Part shown: positions 16,201 through 26,207 of the stretch, piece after piece | How the letters are laid out: each line of letters opens with the position of its first letter | Position numbering within the stretch: position 1 is the first letter of the stretch | Assembly: GCA_964562545.1 (NCBI GenBank) | Contig: CAZLTV010000001.1 | Span: forward strand, 7,796-71,795 | Source: an uncultured Mycobacterium sp. | Lineage (GTDB): Bacteria; Actinomycetota; Actinomycetes; Mycobacteriales; Mycobacteriaceae | Length of the DNA stretch: 64,000 nt | Reading direction: 5' to 3' | The notes under the pieces: model-generated | Database searches by the model: none | Told to the model about the DNA's origin: nothing | Seen by the model: only the letters and a program-made list of their open reading frames with translations | Program-made: the position numbers and the translations under genes

Positions 16201-19200
16201 ATGGCAAAATCGTCAATCAGCGCCGACGTAAAGGCGGCCAACTCTAAACTTGCTCAGTTCCTGCGTCGGCAGGAAGAGGAGGAGATGCTCCTCCAGATCG
16301 GCAAGACAAAACCGAAGCGGGAGCGCGAGGAAAAACGCATGCCCGCCGGCCGTGCTCGCTGGTCCGCGCAACCCGACTTCAAGGTTCCTACTTGCATGGT
16401 CGACCGACCTCGCACAGCCGATGGTGCGACGTCCTTCCACTTCTCATACATCAGCATCAGCAAAGAGGCTGTCCCTACCCTCAAGGGCAAGCCACTCGAG
16501 GGCGTCTTCGGCCGGAAGAAGCAACCGGCTCTGGACCACGCCAAGTACATCGAACGTGATGGCGCCGCCGAGGTCTCCGAAGGCGTCCAGCACGCTGACT
16601 ACATCGAGCGGCCGGACGCTATTGAAGCGGTCGATCCGAGCGCTCTCGTTGCTGAGTCGATTGAGCGTCAGCTTGCCGCGGTCTACAACGAAACTCCAAC
16701 AGAAGAGGAGGCATCCCTCCTCGGTGTTCAAGCCGTGGCCCCCGAGGGTGTCCCCTCTGTCTTCAGCAACATCTCAGACGACCCCTTCGAGCGCCAGGAA
16801 TATTGGCGTGCGGTTGAACGCTCAGAGCGTGAGCCTCGCTCTCACAAGCTACTATTCGATCCCGAAGTATCCCCTCGCTGGTGGGCCGCAGTCGAGCAGA
16901 GCGATGGGTTGGACCCCACCTTCAAAGCCCACCTTCTTCATGTCGCAGAAGAGTACCGCCAACATATCCAGGCGCCCACAGAAAACGACGCTGCTAAAGA
17001 ACCGTTTAGGCCTACCGCCTATCCCCCACCTGGCAGCAAAGCACGCCTCTCAGCAGAGCAGGCCGGCAGACTTCTGCAGCAGGCAGTCAGCCTTCCCGGC
17101 TTCGACTACTCGCAGCCTCCAATCGAGTTCAAATCCGGCCGCGGCGGTAGAGTGCAAATCCGCTTCGTCGCGGAGTTGCCCCATGAGCTGTCCGCGGAGG
17201 ATCGTGCTCTTATCGTGCAGAATTTCTGCGATCGGTTGAGTTCGCTTGAAACGCGGATACAACCCGACGGAACCGAGAAGCCAGTCGGCATGATGTATAC
17301 CGCTGTGATACATGCTCCGGATGCTCACAACGACGACAGAAACTACCACCTCCACATCGTCGCGAACGACCGTCCTGCGAAGTACCTAGACGAACACGGT
17401 ATGTGGGACTTTGAGGTCCCAGAAGTCTTCAGTCGGCCCGGCAGCGGTTCACTCCGAACTCGCTATCCCTTTCGCCAAAACAAGATCGGGGAAGTCACCC
17501 AGCATTCGTCTCGCACCGGCAAGGAAAATTCTGGGAGGGATTTCATCCCAGCGATGCGCCGCGACTTCGCAAAGATCACCAACACGGTCCTCAAAGCTCG
17601 CGGCGTCCAACGGCAGTATGATCCACGTCGCTATACTGAGATGGGCATCGACCGTACGCCGACCGACCACCTCGGCACCAAGGCTGCCGCCCTTGAGGCA
17701 ATCGGTGTTCCCACAACTGTTGGACAGCTCAACGCCATTGCCATCTGGAGCGACGCTGAGCGCAACATTGAACGGCAGGCTCAGCAAGCCGATCGCAGCT
17801 ACAAGATTGAGCAGAGCCGCATCGAGTCTGTAGTTCGCCACGCTGCCGCCAAGAACACTTCCCACCCATCTCTCACCGAACTCCGCAAGCTGATGGTCGA
17901 GCGTGACCGTCTGACGAAATCGCTGGCCGAGGACCGCCGCGCGATCATGGCCTTCGACAACATGGAAGCGAAGGCCAAGTCGCGTGCAGTCAGGACACGT
18001 CAGACCTGTCTCGCCTACCTTGGCGAAATCGAAAAGGGTGTTGCCGATGGCACCACCCGCGTCATGAAGTTTTCGATCGAAGCTCGCTTCAAAGATGCTC
18101 AGGAGCACATCAACAAAATCGACGCAGCGCTCGCTCCTCATCGGGACGTACTCATCCAGGCCGCCCAAGACGTAGAGCGGCGCGAAGCGCGCGTGCTCGA
18201 GATCGATCGGATCACCGCGCCGATCACTGCCGATCTCCGAGACCAGCTCGGTGTCGATGCAGAAAAGTCGGCCAAGGAAGCTTCACCTCGGCATGCCGCC
18301 CCTGCCCCAACTCCTGACCTTGCCGAGCCTCAAAATATCCCGGCCAAAGGTCGGAAGAAGAAGGCCAAGAAGCCTTCCGCCGAGGCCCAGGCTCAGGAGG
18401 ACGTCAAGATCAACGGGCCCTCAAAAGCCGGCGCCTCTGAGAGCGCCAAAGAGGCCATCGATCCAGAGGCCGAAGAAGTCCAAGCTCCTGCAAACGCAGG
18501 TCGGGTTACGATGGAGGGCCTTCCAATCACGGAAGGCACTATCCAGCCTTCGCAGAAAGACAAGCCTGCGCCCCAGTCCATCGAAGGCCCTGCTCCAACC
18601 CCTGAGGGTCTCGAACCTCTGCGGCCTGAAGTCCGTGAGCCCAAGAAGCCTGTCGAACCAGAAACTGTTATCACTGATCTCGATCGCGATGACCGTCAGG
18701 ATAATTCGTCGAGGCCCGCCTCTCTCAACAACGAGAAGCCTCAGCCACACTCATCGAACACTGCTGGAACTGAACGCTCGGACCGGCCGAATGCTCAGCC
18801 CGCAGAAAAGCCAAATCGCGCTCCAGATCCGAGCGACGTTGAAGCCGCGCCAGCCGAGGGTCGCCAGCCCAAGAACCGAGCGACCCCTGATGCACAGACC
18901 TCCGGCCATCAGCAAAATAACCAGCCGCAAGAGGCGCCGCGCTCTGCATCATACGATGAAGAATCCGGAGCTTCCAAGAAGGCCGAGAAATCGCCTGCTG
19001 ATGCTTCAAGCGAGAAATCCGACAACCGCAGCAAACAGGATGACCCCACACTCTTCGAGCTTCCCAAACAGGAAGCCCCAGTGAAGCCTGGTACCAAGAA
19101 AGCTGAGCATGCGGATTGGGACGCACTCATGAACCGCATCGTGAAAGAACGCATCCCGATCAAACTCGAGACCACCCGAAGCGGCAAACCCAAATACACG

Positions 19201-19833
19201 GTCCCTGCCCTCAACGAGGAAGATCAGCAGACGCTGAAAACTCGTCGCTTCTCCTATCGGACTGCGGTGCGGCTTGAGTCGGTCTATGACCGTCAGCAGC
19301 AAGAAATCAAACGCCTCGGCCGCTGGATCAAAGAGCAGGGTCAGGATCCGGAAAAGCTCATCCTCGAGAACAGAACCGCCAAGCTTGGTGATGTTCGCCC
19401 AGCCGTGAAAACTCTTATGCGCAACTGGGGTCGCCATCCCGATATCCTTGCGGCGGTCCGAGCCGAAAACGCTCGCCGTATCGAAGCGGCCCAAGCTAGG
19501 GACAAAGCTGTCGAAGCGAAGCCGTCTCTCGACGCTGGTGAGCAGAAACCAGTCAAGGATATTGCGGCCCAGCGCAAGGAAGCCGAGGTTAAATATCCTG
19601 ACCCTGACACCGTTCATACCAAAGCCGTCGCGGACTTCGCTCGGTTGCTGCGGCAGGTTGCTCCGGAGGAGAAACTGCGCGAAGCCGCAGACAAGATCTA
19701 TGCAGGACCCAAGGCTCGGGACGACGTTCATCGCTATGGCTCGGCACTTGCCCTTGCCTATGACCAATACGTCGAAGGCGTCCAGCAGCGCGAGGCACTT
19801 CGTCATCGCAGCGATCGAGGTGGTCGAGGATAA
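16201..19833 (+). CDS. MobA/MobL-family (MOBQ) conjugative relaxase with long C-terminal extension
   Basis: SFHFS, HAKYIER, RFVAELPHEL, 3H motif IHAPDAHNDDRNYHLH, YDPRRYTEMGID..PTDHLG. Confidence 0.85.
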   Translation: MAKSSISADVKAANSKLAQFLRRQEEEEMLLQIGKTKPKREREEKRMPAGRARWSAQPDFKVPTCMVDRPRTADGATSFHFSYISISKEAVPTLKGKPLEGVFGRKKQPALDHAKYIERDGAAEVSEGVQHADYIERPDAIEAVDPSALVAESIERQLAAVYNETPTEEEASLLGVQAVAPEGVPSVFSNISDDPFERQEYWRAVERSEREPRSHKLLFDPEVSPRWWAAVEQSDGLDPTFKAHLLHVAEEYRQHIQAPTENDAAKEPFRPTAYPPPGSKARLSAEQAGRLLQQAVSLPGFDYSQPPIEFKSGRGGRVQIRFVAELPHELSAEDRALIVQNFCDRLSSLETRIQPDGTEKPVGMMYTAVIHAPDAHNDDRNYHLHIVANDRPAKYLDEHGMWDFEVPEVFSRPGSGSLRTRYPFRQNKIGEVTQHSSRTGKENSGRDFIPAMRRDFAKITNTVLKARGVQRQYDPRRYTEMGIDRTPTDHLGTKAAALEAIGVPTTVGQLNAIAIWSDAERNIERQAQQADRSYKIEQSRIESVVRHAAAKNTSHPSLTELRKLMVERDRLTKSLAEDRRAIMAFDNMEAKAKSRAVRTRQTCLAYLGEIEKGVADGTTRVMKFSIEARFKDAQEHINKIDAALAPHRDVLIQAAQDVERREARVLEIDRITAPITADLRDQLGVDAEKSAKEASPRHAAPAPTPDLAEPQNIPAKGRKKKAKKPSAEAQAQEDVKINGPSKAGASESAKEAIDPEAEEVQAPANAGRVTMEGLPITEGTIQPSQKDKPAPQSIEGPAPTPEGLEPLRPEVREPKKPVEPETVITDLDRDDRQDNSSRPASLNNEKPQPHSSNTAGTERSDRPNAQPAEKPNRAPDPSDVEAAPAEGRQPKNRATPDAQTSGHQQNNQPQEAPRSASYDEESGASKKAEKSPADASSEKSDNRSKQDDPTLFELPKQEAPVKPGTKKAEHADWDALMNRIVKERIPIKLETTRSGKPKYTVPALNEEDQQTLKTRRFSYRTAVRLESVYDRQQQEIKRLGRWIKEQGQDPEKLILENRTAKLGDVRPAVKTLMRNWGRHPDILAAVRAENARRIEAAQARDKAVEAKPSLDAGEQKPVKDIAAQRKEAEVKYPDPDTVHTKAVADFARLLRQVAPEEKLREAADKIYAGPKARDDVHRYGSALALAYDQYVEGVQQREALRHRSDRGGRG

Positions 19834-19891
19834 TTCAGGAAGATGGAATAAATTTGTTTTCAGCTTCTGAAAGCATCCCTATACTTCCTGA

Positions 19892-20344
19892 ATGACCACC
19901 GCTCAGATTGAAAAACCCGCCACCGGCGGGGCTGCTCTTGCGCGCCTGCTTAGGAACGATGGAGCCGTTCGCCGCCTTTCGTTGAGGAGCGGCGTGTCAG
20001 CCGTCACCCTCCGCTCGATCGCAACATCTGGAGCCGTGAATAGCTACGTGACGGCGATGGCGATCGAGATCGCCACAGACGGCGCTATCAAGGCCGAGAG
20101 CATCACCACCGATGCGACAAAAGGCGCTGACCTCTATCGGCGCCAGCCGGCTCGTGCACTGTTGCTCAAGGCCTTCGAGGAAGAGGTCACAATTGCTCGG
20201 CTGCTCGCTCGCTACGACCTCACACAGAGCGATCTCTGGAACTATATGAACTCTCCTCCCGGGAAGTATGAGGGAGCCAAGCTTAAGCTCCAGAGTGCTC
20301 TTCAGGACTTGTCCATTCCAGACGGTCAGGAGGATAACCGGTGA
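19892..20344 (+). CDS. Cro/YdaS-like HTH protein
   Basis: AMAIEIATDGAIKAESI resembles the YdaS/Cro C-terminal motif; HTH-like VRRLSLRSGVSAVTL. Confidence 0.55.
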   Translation: MTTAQIEKPATGGAALARLLRNDGAVRRLSLRSGVSAVTLRSIATSGAVNSYVTAMAIEIATDGAIKAESITTDATKGADLYRRQPARALLLKAFEEEVTIARLLARYDLTQSDLWNYMNSPPGKYEGAKLKLQSALQDLSIPDGQEDNR

Positions 20345-20889
20345 GCGCAGTAGCAGCTATCCATTCGGACCACGACGAATGGTCCCGCCAGCCGACCGCG
20401 CTTGAGGTCGCCCATTATAATGCAATGCTAAAGCGCCGCGCAGACGACGCCTCGCTTCGAGCTCGTCGGATCTTCGGCGATTGCCTTCACAAGCTCACGC
20501 AACTTGGGATGAAGGAGGTTCAAGCTCGATCTATGCTCGGCAAATGGAGGGCCGAGGCGAAGGATGATGACCTGCTAATCCGCACAGTCGGCAAGGCCCA
20601 CGAGATTTCCTCTCCCGACCCGGTTTCCTATGTCACGAAATCGCTCAAGACAGCCAAGTCGAGGGCGACGAAAACTACCGCTCTGCAAAAATCTGCGTGG
20701 ACCCTGCTTGGCTGGGAGGCTCCTACCCTCACACCAGCCGGTCCCAAGTACAAAAAGGGAGAAAGAGGTGAGGTGTGGCGCGATCCCTTTGGCAAGGAGG
20801 TTATTCTGCCGGCCAAGTCGGGCACAACCCTCCCCAGCCATGAGGAAGAACCTGGCTACACCATCAAGAGGAAAAACAAGGCAGCATGA
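20341..20889 (+). CDS. phage-like replication/helicase-loader-associated protein
   Basis: RSMLGKW...DPVSYV resembles the C-terminus of alphaproteobacterial phage replication proteins; coupled to DnaB. Confidence 0.4.
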   Translation: MSAVAAIHSDHDEWSRQPTALEVAHYNAMLKRRADDASLRARRIFGDCLHKLTQLGMKEVQARSMLGKWRAEAKDDDLLIRTVGKAHEISSPDPVSYVTKSLKTAKSRATKTTALQKSAWTLLGWEAPTLTPAGPKYKKGERGEVWRDPFGKEVILPAKSGTTLPSHEEEPGYTIKRKNKAA

Positions 20890-22094
20890 GCGAACCTCGT
20901 CCAGTAGAAGTCCAGCTCGCAGCTGAGGCTTCAATCCTAGGGTCCACTCTCTCCAAGAGGGAGTATCTTCGGGACCTTGGGGGCATCACCCCTGAGCACT
21001 TCGTCGAAAGCGCCTACGCGAACGCCTGGCGCCGGATCACTGACGATTCAGGAATCTGCGACGTCCTTTCCCTTCGCTTGAACGGTCCGGACCTCAACGA
21101 TAGTCTGGTTGGGCGCATCACGGCGTCGAGCTACGGCCGGGACACCGTCATTCGAGCTCGCGATTATCTGATCGAGTCGAAGCGGAAGCGCGAGTTGCGC
21201 AAGATAGCAGCCGACGCGCTCTCCGATCTCGACAACGGTGAGGCGACGTCTGAAGCAATTGCGCTGCGACTCGGCCGCGCGATCGAAACATTGGACGGCG
21301 TTCAAACCCACGCAATATCTGCTCAGGATGTCGCCTGCGGCCTGTACGACAAGGGGAACTCCCCTCCTATCTCTACAGGCATCCGCAGTCTCGACTACGT
21401 GATGCATGGCGGATTGCATCCAGGATCGCTCAACGGGCTTTTTGCGCGCTTCAAGCATGGCAAGACGCTCATGCTATCTACCATTGGCAATAACCTCGAG
21501 AAGAGGGGCATCCCTACTCTCATGGTCACCCTCGAGCGGCGCCAAGGCGACGTTGAGCGCTTTATCGTTGCCCGCTCACTCAACATCGACAAGCAAGACC
21601 TCGACTTTGAGGACGCAGCGCACGCTGATTTCTGGGAGGAGTACCGGCGCACTGAGCGGTCGCTTCATTATCTGCACCAGCCTGGCATCACTGCCTCTGA
21701 ACTGCGCACACAGATCCTTGCCGCGTATTATCAACACGGCGTGAAAGTCGTGCTGGTGGACTACTGGCAGCTCATCAAACTCGCTGGTGGCCGCGAAAGC
21801 CGAGAAGAGAAGCAAGCCGAAAGCGCGCAAATGCTCGCCGATCTGGCTTCGGAACTAGACATCGCGATCGTTCTCACAGGACAGCTCAACCAGGATGGCG
21901 CCCCGCGCGGCGGCGAAGGTGTCTTAGCATCTGCTGGGATCGTCGTCCGCCTCATTCGCCTTGAAGACACTCTTGATGTCGTCTTTGACACACTGGTCAG
22001 CAACCAGGGCCCAGAGAGATCCAAGGGCACTCCCAACGAACCTGCGGCTTCGATTTCCCTGCCCGGGCCTCACTTCGCAGATCCAGAATCTTGA
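20886..22094 (+). CDS. dnaB: DnaB-like replicative helicase
   Basis: AEASILG N-domain, TGIRSLD, Walker A ARFKHGKT, TLE, VDYWQLI, GQLNQ. Confidence 0.8.
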   Translation: MSEPRPVEVQLAAEASILGSTLSKREYLRDLGGITPEHFVESAYANAWRRITDDSGICDVLSLRLNGPDLNDSLVGRITASSYGRDTVIRARDYLIESKRKRELRKIAADALSDLDNGEATSEAIALRLGRAIETLDGVQTHAISAQDVACGLYDKGNSPPISTGIRSLDYVMHGGLHPGSLNGLFARFKHGKTLMLSTIGNNLEKRGIPTLMVTLERRQGDVERFIVARSLNIDKQDLDFEDAAHADFWEEYRRTERSLHYLHQPGITASELRTQILAAYYQHGVKVVLVDYWQLIKLAGGRESREEKQAESAQMLADLASELDIAIVLTGQLNQDGAPRGGEGVLASAGIVVRLIRLEDTLDVVFDTLVSNQGPERSKGTPNEPAASISLPGPHFADPES

Positions 22095-22277
22095 TTCTGG
22101 TGCGCTGGAACAATTAACAAGCGCTCAAAATATCCTCAAAACATCCAGCCTATCAGGTAAAAAACGGTTGGCGGGTCCTCAAAGTCCCGATACTATGACC
22201 TTATCGGTTGGCGGGGGCCCTCGATAAATTCTGTCTCCACGGCCTAATCGGTAGGTAGTTCAACAGGAGTTCCTCAA

Positions 22278-22610
22278 ATGAAGTTTCGCTTTCCCAATTT
22301 CTTGCCGAACGCGGCATCGACCATGAAATTTGCCAGTCTCGCCCTCGTCGCCGGCCTCGTGCTTCTCGCGCCCAACGAAGCCATGGCGCAGGATCCGTTC
22401 GCCAATGCCAGCAAGGGTGCGGAAACGTTCCGCCAGTCGCTCACGACCTTCGCTCTCGCCGTCGGCGGCATCGGCATGGTCTCCTGCCTTCTTCTCGGCT
22501 TCTTCGGCAAGCTGAACTGGAAGTGGGTCGCTACCGGCGTCGGCGTTTCGTTCGGCCTCGCTGTGGTCCCCGGTGCCATCACCTGGCTTTCGACGCTCGC
22601 TGGCGCCTGA
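22278..22610 (+). CDS. virB2: VirB2/TrbC pilin
   Basis: Signal peptide ending AMA-Q plus two TM helices; first gene of the T4SS operon. Confidence 0.8.
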   Translation: MKFRFPNFLPNAASTMKFASLALVAGLVLLAPNEAMAQDPFANASKGAETFRQSLTTFALAVGGIGMVSCLLLGFFGKLNWKWVATGVGVSFGLAVVPGAITWLSTLAGA

Positions 22611-22649
22611 TCGCCGAATTCTGACAATCTACCGACGCTAAGGACGAGC

Positions 22650-22940
22650 ATGCTGCGATCTCCGCTTCTCAAATATGTCGCCGGACCGCAGACGTTCGCT
22701 TACATGCCGCCGCTCCTGGGAGCAGTTTCTCTGAGCGGCGGCATGCTCCTATGGTTTGCCGGGATGGCTGCTGGCTTCGGACCTATTCCCGGCATCATCC
22801 TTGGCATCCTTGGTTGCATCTATTCGGTCGCCCAGGGTTTCAAGGATCCTCACCTGCACAATATCCTGCTCGCCCGCCAGAAATTCATGCATGGCACGAA
22901 GGGCATCATAAAATCCAAGGGCAAAACCTATGTCGCTTGA
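22650..22940 (+). CDS. virB3: VirB3-like membrane protein
   Basis: Small two-TM protein with KDP motif between virB2 and virB4. Confidence 0.7.
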   Translation: MLRSPLLKYVAGPQTFAYMPPLLGAVSLSGGMLLWFAGMAAGFGPIPGIILGILGCIYSVAQGFKDPHLHNILLARQKFMHGTKGIIKSKGKTYVA

Positions 22941-25371
22941 CGTCGGCTCCATGATCTTCACTCCCGGTTCCATCGGGCCAGTTATCGCCACCGCTGGTGC
23001 ACTTCTTTCCACCGCGGCGGCAATCTCCCTCATGGTCCCGAAGATCTCGCGTAAGCTGATGCCTCTTCCCAAGGAAACGCGCCTGGTCGACTACCTGCCG
23101 TTTCTCAGCATGCTGCCTGATAAGAAGACGATACTCACCAAGCGTGGTGATCTGATGCAGGTCGTCAAAATCGCTGGCGCTGAGCTCCAGGTGACCAACG
23201 AGAACGAGCATATGGGCTTGTTCACCGCTCGTAGGACTTGGCTCAGCCAGATCGCAGAGCGGAAGGCTCGTGCTCGTGTCTTCACGATCCGAACCGCGAT
23301 CAAGCCCGGCCAGTTAATGGATCATCCGATTCCCCACTTGGCAAAGCTAGCCAAGCAATGGGAGGCTGGATTTGAGGAAAACTCATTCCACACCGACCAT
23401 TATGCTCTGATTTCCGTCGAGAAGGACGGTGGTCGAGCTGCGCTCGAGGAGGCGGTCTCGCTCACCAAAGCGTCCCTTTCTCCCTTCAAGCCCGAAGTAC
23501 TCTCCGCGGCGGAAGGCGAAAGCCCACTGAAAATTCTGGGGCGACTGGCCTCGCCCATTACCCGCCCCTCGCCCAAATACATTCCCGGGGCGAGTGTCTC
23601 CGAGCAGATCACGGCTGACACCGTCGAGTTTGCCGACGACAAAACGGGTCTCATCACCTGGACGTCCGGCAATAAGACCCGCTACCAAGCTGCCATCGGC
23701 GTCAAGACATGGGGTGACGTCACCGAGGAGCAGATGCTTGCCGACCTCGCGTCTCTGCCCTTCGACTATACCATCTATCACTACATCGAGCCGCTCAACC
23801 GCGCCAAGGCGACGGCTGCGCTCGACATCCAGTACCGCCTAGCTCGCACCACGCTCATGAGCGATGCTTCCCAGCAGCAGTTTGCCGACGTAGGCGAAAT
23901 CGTCGCTGGCGGTGGAACCGACACACAGGTCCTCTGCAACTACGGCTTGAACCTTCTCGTCGAAGCTTCAAGTGAGGAGGAGCTCGAAAAACGAGTTGCT
24001 CAGATCACCACTATCGCAGCCCAATACGAAGTCACGACCGTTCGTGAGGGTGCGGTTAGCCAGGCTATCTGGTGGTCTCAGTTCCCCACCTTCGACACCC
24101 TTCCGCGTCCCTGGAAGCCGTTGGCGGCGAATGTCTCAACGCTGCTCGCCATGCAGCGCAATCACAAAGGCGCTGACCGGTCGGTTTGGGGGCCGAGCCC
24201 GGTGACCATCCTGAAAACATCCACCGGCAGCCCGTACAACTTCGTTTTCCACGATACATCTGACCCAGGCAACAAAGAGCCTCTTGGGCACATGCTTGTC
24301 ATCGGCCCTTCTGGATCAGGTAAAACGGTGACCACCTCGTGGCTGTCGACGATGGCGATGCGGTATCCTGAGCTGCGCGTTTTCTTCTTCGATCGCTTCT
24401 ATGGCACCGAAGTTGTCACCCGAATGAGTGGTGGCAACTACGTCAGGTTCGACGATGACAGCTGTGCGATGAACCCGCTCCAGATGGAGTTGAACCCTCG
24501 CAACCGCGACTACCTGTCGACCTGGCTCAAGCTTATTTCCGGCCTGACCGACGACAAGAGCTCAGAGGAGTTTGGCCAGGCTCTCGATATGCTCGAGCTG
24601 CTTGAGCCTGCTGATCGCAATCTGAAGAAGCTTTGGAGCACAGCGTTCTCGCCGGACTCGCCCGCGCGCGGCGCACTGCGGCCCTGGATCAGTGAGAACC
24701 AGCACGGTCATGTCTTCAACGCGATTGAGGACAGTCTCGATCTCGGCGCGCGGATGACGTCTTTCGACTTCACCAACGTGCTGAATGACGAGCGGACCGA
24801 CGCCTTGGGCCCTGCTGTTGTTTCGTACATCATGCACCGAACGATGGATGTCTCGGTGAACCAGGGATACCCTGCGCTCTACTTCGTCGACGAAACCGCA
24901 CCGTTGCTGCGCAACGACTTCTTCGCTGCGAAGTTTGCTGCCGGCCTTCAGGAAGGTCGTAAACTAGGCCAGATCTTCATTTGTGCCTTCCAACGACCGA
25001 ATGCGATCGAGGAAACGCCACACGCGCAGACGATCATCGGACAGTGTGCGACGCAGATCTTCTTCCGCAACGTCAAGGCCAAGGCCGAGGACTTCAAGAT
25101 TTTCGGTCTGACCGAGCGCGAGCTAGATTTCGTCCTCGGCCGCAGCCACGGGCATCTGCAGCGGGCCTTCCTCCTGCGTCGCATGTCCGAGACTGACGGC
25201 GTGGAATCGGTCATCATCGACAACAACATGGCCCCATTGGGTGACGGACTTCAGACCTTCGCATCGGGCAACGCTAGCGTTCGCCTGATCCGGGAGCTTG
25301 CTGCGAAGGATCCAGAGAACTTCCGGAATCTCTACATGGAGAGGATCGCGGCCGACCGGATGGCTGCCTAA
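22930..25371 (+). CDS. virB4: VirB4 T4SS ATPase
   Basis: GHMLVIGPSGSGKT, FFFDR, MNPLQ, YFVDE, RKLG, CATQIFF. Confidence 0.9.
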   Translation: MSLDVGSMIFTPGSIGPVIATAGALLSTAAAISLMVPKISRKLMPLPKETRLVDYLPFLSMLPDKKTILTKRGDLMQVVKIAGAELQVTNENEHMGLFTARRTWLSQIAERKARARVFTIRTAIKPGQLMDHPIPHLAKLAKQWEAGFEENSFHTDHYALISVEKDGGRAALEEAVSLTKASLSPFKPEVLSAAEGESPLKILGRLASPITRPSPKYIPGASVSEQITADTVEFADDKTGLITWTSGNKTRYQAAIGVKTWGDVTEEQMLADLASLPFDYTIYHYIEPLNRAKATAALDIQYRLARTTLMSDASQQQFADVGEIVAGGGTDTQVLCNYGLNLLVEASSEEELEKRVAQITTIAAQYEVTTVREGAVSQAIWWSQFPTFDTLPRPWKPLAANVSTLLAMQRNHKGADRSVWGPSPVTILKTSTGSPYNFVFHDTSDPGNKEPLGHMLVIGPSGSGKTVTTSWLSTMAMRYPELRVFFFDRFYGTEVVTRMSGGNYVRFDDDSCAMNPLQMELNPRNRDYLSTWLKLISGLTDDKSSEEFGQALDMLELLEPADRNLKKLWSTAFSPDSPARGALRPWISENQHGHVFNAIEDSLDLGARMTSFDFTNVLNDERTDALGPAVVSYIMHRTMDVSVNQGYPALYFVDETAPLLRNDFFAAKFAAGLQEGRKLGQIFICAFQRPNAIEETPHAQTIIGQCATQIFFRNVKAKAEDFKIFGLTERELDFVLGRSHGHLQRAFLLRRMSETDGVESVIIDNNMAPLGDGLQTFASGNASVRLIRELAAKDPENFRNLYMERIAADRMAA

Positions 25372-25448
25372 ATAATCCTGCGACCCCATCTAGGCGTCAG
25401 GATATTTCCAGTATAATATTCTCAAGTTCCACCCATTTTACTCAGGGG

Positions 25449-26204
25449 ATGATCATGTTCGTGAAAAAGTCTCGTACTCTCTTTGCTGCGACGCTCGCGG
25501 CCAGTGTTGCCTTCACTGCGTCCCCGGCCAATGCAGGCATCCCCGTCATCGACCCGACAGCTATTGCGCGGATCCGTGAGGTCGTTTCGACCGCAAGCCA
25601 ACAGCTCGCCCAGATTCGCCAGCAGGTTCAGCAGGTCAACCAGATGCGCAACACGATCGGACAGGTCGGAAAGGGCCAGCTCGATTCTATCATGCAGCAG
25701 TCCGGTATCGACATGGCCGGCGCCAAGGGCGTGCTCCGCGATGTCCAGACCCTCGGTTCCACAACCGCCAACCTTGGCGATGCCGTCAAGGGGCTGAAGA
25801 TCGACGGTGAAGGAGCTCTCAACATTCCTTCCATCGACAGCCTTGCCGCAGGTCGCGATGCGGCCGGCAAAATCTTCTTCTACGGCGGTGACGGTGCAAT
25901 GAGCATGCAGACCGTGAAGAAGCTGCGCGATCGCCGAAACATTGCGCTGCGCGAAACGGCTGTCACTGGCTTCGGCGCTGCAGCCTCCTTCAAGTCCGAT
26001 CTCGCCGAGACCCAGCAGATCGCGGACAAGCTCACTGCGCAGGCATCGGACTCCCCCGATCTGCGTACCGACGTGCAGGTCAACACGGCCACCTTGCTGG
26101 CCATGTATGCCGAGCTTCAGAAGCAAACCGCCATCCAGGCGCAGCTGCTCGAGCTGGACGCGTCGCGCACGCTCGCCGGCGACGCAACCGCAAAGCGGAA
26201 CTAA
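25449..26204 (+). CDS. virB5: VirB5/TrbJ-like protein
   Basis: Signal peptide then GIPVIDPTAI and a Q-rich coiled coil. Confidence 0.75.
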   Translation: MIMFVKKSRTLFAATLAASVAFTASPANAGIPVIDPTAIARIREVVSTASQQLAQIRQQVQQVNQMRNTIGQVGKGQLDSIMQQSGIDMAGAKGVLRDVQTLGSTTANLGDAVKGLKIDGEGALNIPSIDSLAAGRDAAGKIFFYGGDGAMSMQTVKKLRDRRNIALRETAVTGFGAAASFKSDLAETQQIADKLTAQASDSPDLRTDVQVNTATLLAMYAELQKQTAIQAQLLELDASRTLAGDATAKRN

Positions 26205-26207
26205 GGC

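Noticed and set aside
19892-22094. Prophage
   Set aside because: No capsid, terminase, tail or integrase genes anywhere in the window.
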